From Minisyncoccota bacterium (GTDB lineage Bacteria > Patescibacteriota > Minisyncoccia > Phycocordibacterales > GCA-2401445): a DNA stretch of 64,000 nt. This document shows positions 63,052 to 64,000 of this stretch, in pieces. Position numbers and translations under genes: made by a program. The stretch is taken from assembly GCA_040879725.1 (NCBI GenBank), contig JBBDJV010000015.1:32127-96126 (forward strand), read 5' to 3'. The notes below the pieces were generated by a model that saw only the letters and a list, made by a program, of their open reading frames with translations, ran no database searches and was not told where the DNA came from. Every line of letters starts with the position of its first letter. Position 1 is the first letter of the stretch.

Positions 63052-63783
63052 ATGTCTATAAGTCAAAAAGAACATTTGTCCAATATGGAGGTTTCACTGG
63101 TAGGGAGTTCCGACAGGATACTTGGTGCTTTATATTTAGTTACATCACTCTTGGACGAAAGCGAACCATTAAGGACATCTATTAGGGACAAAGGAATTAG
63201 TGTGTCTGATAGTATTGGACATATATTATTCTCAAGTACACACATTGCGTCACATATAAGACAAACACAGTTGGCAGTACAAAAAGTCTTGTCGCTTTTG
63301 TCGGTAGCGAGAACCGCCGGTCTGATTTCTGAAATGAACTACTCAATACTGCGAAGGGCGTATGAGAAACTTTCTACAGAAATATCTCGAATTATTGAAA
63401 GTACGTTCGATAAGAAATTCGATATCATTGAAGCCCCATTGGTTGAAACCGTTTCGTCACTTGAGTCTACGTTTACTAATAACGGAGCACACACAACGTC
63501 GTCAGTTAAAAATTTTCCGATACGTGATAAAAAAGCGCCAACAGCTACACCGCGCACTCGGAATGACGAATATGTAAAGGACACTAAAAAGACATCGTCA
63601 GATAGAAGGGAAATTATACTTTCCATTATCAAAGATAAGGGGCCAGTTTCGATTAAAGATATATCCACAGTCTTTACTGATTGCAGTGAGAAAACAATCC
63701 AACGAGAGCTAACTGCGCTTATTTCTGAGGGCGTCATCACCAAAAAGGGAGAGAGACGGTGGAGTACGTACGCTATTTCATAA
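63052..63783 (+). CDS. hypothetical protein with a C-terminal winged-HTH (probable transcriptional regulator)
   Basis: The C-terminus 'RREIILSIIKDKGPVSIKDISTVFTDCSEKTIQRELTALISEGVITKKGERRWSTY' resembles a HrcA/DeoR-type wHTH. The N-terminal domain has no recognisable motif. Confidence 0.5.
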   Translation: MSISQKEHLSNMEVSLVGSSDRILGALYLVTSLLDESEPLRTSIRDKGISVSDSIGHILFSSTHIASHIRQTQLAVQKVLSLLSVARTAGLISEMNYSILRRAYEKLSTEISRIIESTFDKKFDIIEAPLVETVSSLESTFTNNGAHTTSSVKNFPIRDKKAPTATPRTRNDEYVKDTKKTSSDRREIILSIIKDKGPVSIKDISTVFTDCSEKTIQRELTALISEGVITKKGERRWSTYAIS

Positions 63784-64000
63784 GTTTTGTAACAGGAAAT
63801 TTTGTTACATAACCATATCTCAGCCGTCTAGGTTAGTAAGCTGTTTTGTGTAAAAATAGTGTCGAGCCATTTGTCCAAAATAGCATAAACATCAGGGAAG
63901 AGTGGAGCTACTTTTGCGCCCCATTTCTTTGACTTTTTTGTTCATTTATGCGAATATTGCTCGGGTAGTGGACACTTGTAATGCACACTCGTAAGTGGGC

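Noticed and set aside
1-64000. Search for tRNA, rRNA, CRISPR arrays, transposases or integrases
   Set aside because: I found no tRNA T-loop-like GGTTCGA(A/T)TCC signatures, no rRNA-like stretches, no arrays of short repeats separated by spacers, and no recombinase- or transposase-like ORFs. The only direct repeats are the 58-bp promoter duplication and the intragenic adhesin repeats.

Overview
This 64-kb window is a chromosomal segment from a small-genome, moderately AT-rich bacterium that uses genetic code 11 (TGA is a stop). The gene content and style (a 5,654-aa surface protein, compact operons with ATGA/TAATG overlaps, weak Shine-Dalgarno sites) suggest a Patescibacteria/CPR-like organism. 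That assignment is my inference, not something the sequence states. The first ~29 kb is a contiguous surface-protein locus. It starts with a 5'-truncated membrane-anchored paralog. Next is the 5,654-aa protein, which contains three phage-tail-collar repeats, FN3-like repeats, three ~2.3-kb beta-helix super-repeats, a DUF2341-like domain and a LamG-like domain. A protein with four FN3-like repeats follows, translationally coupled to a MacB/FtsX-type ABC transporter whose ATPase has a long C-terminal extension. After that come a secreted protein sharing the giant protein's C-terminal domain, a membrane-anchored two-domain surface protein, a dockerin-bearing cysteine-rich secreted protein, and two membrane-anchored cohesin-like paralogs. 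The rest is housekeeping. There is a lexA-like/Y-family polymerase pair behind a Cheo-type SOS box. A VKOR-family protein and a SIMPL protein are followed by secE-nusG-rplK. A compact dTMP-synthesis and nucleotide-sanitation cluster includes an NDT/DNPH1-like protein. argS is followed by a ~2.5-kb islet of hypothetical genes driven by two copies of one 58-bp promoter. ileS carries an embedded histidine-phosphatase domain. The remaining housekeeping genes are recO, glyS, an M16 peptidase, an AI-2E permease, metG, thrC, tatD, rpsF-ssb-rpsR, efp, recA, ftsK and an HTH protein. A ~380-nt promoter-to-terminator noncoding unit lies between rpsR and efp. I found no rRNA, tRNA, CRISPR array, transposase or integrase.
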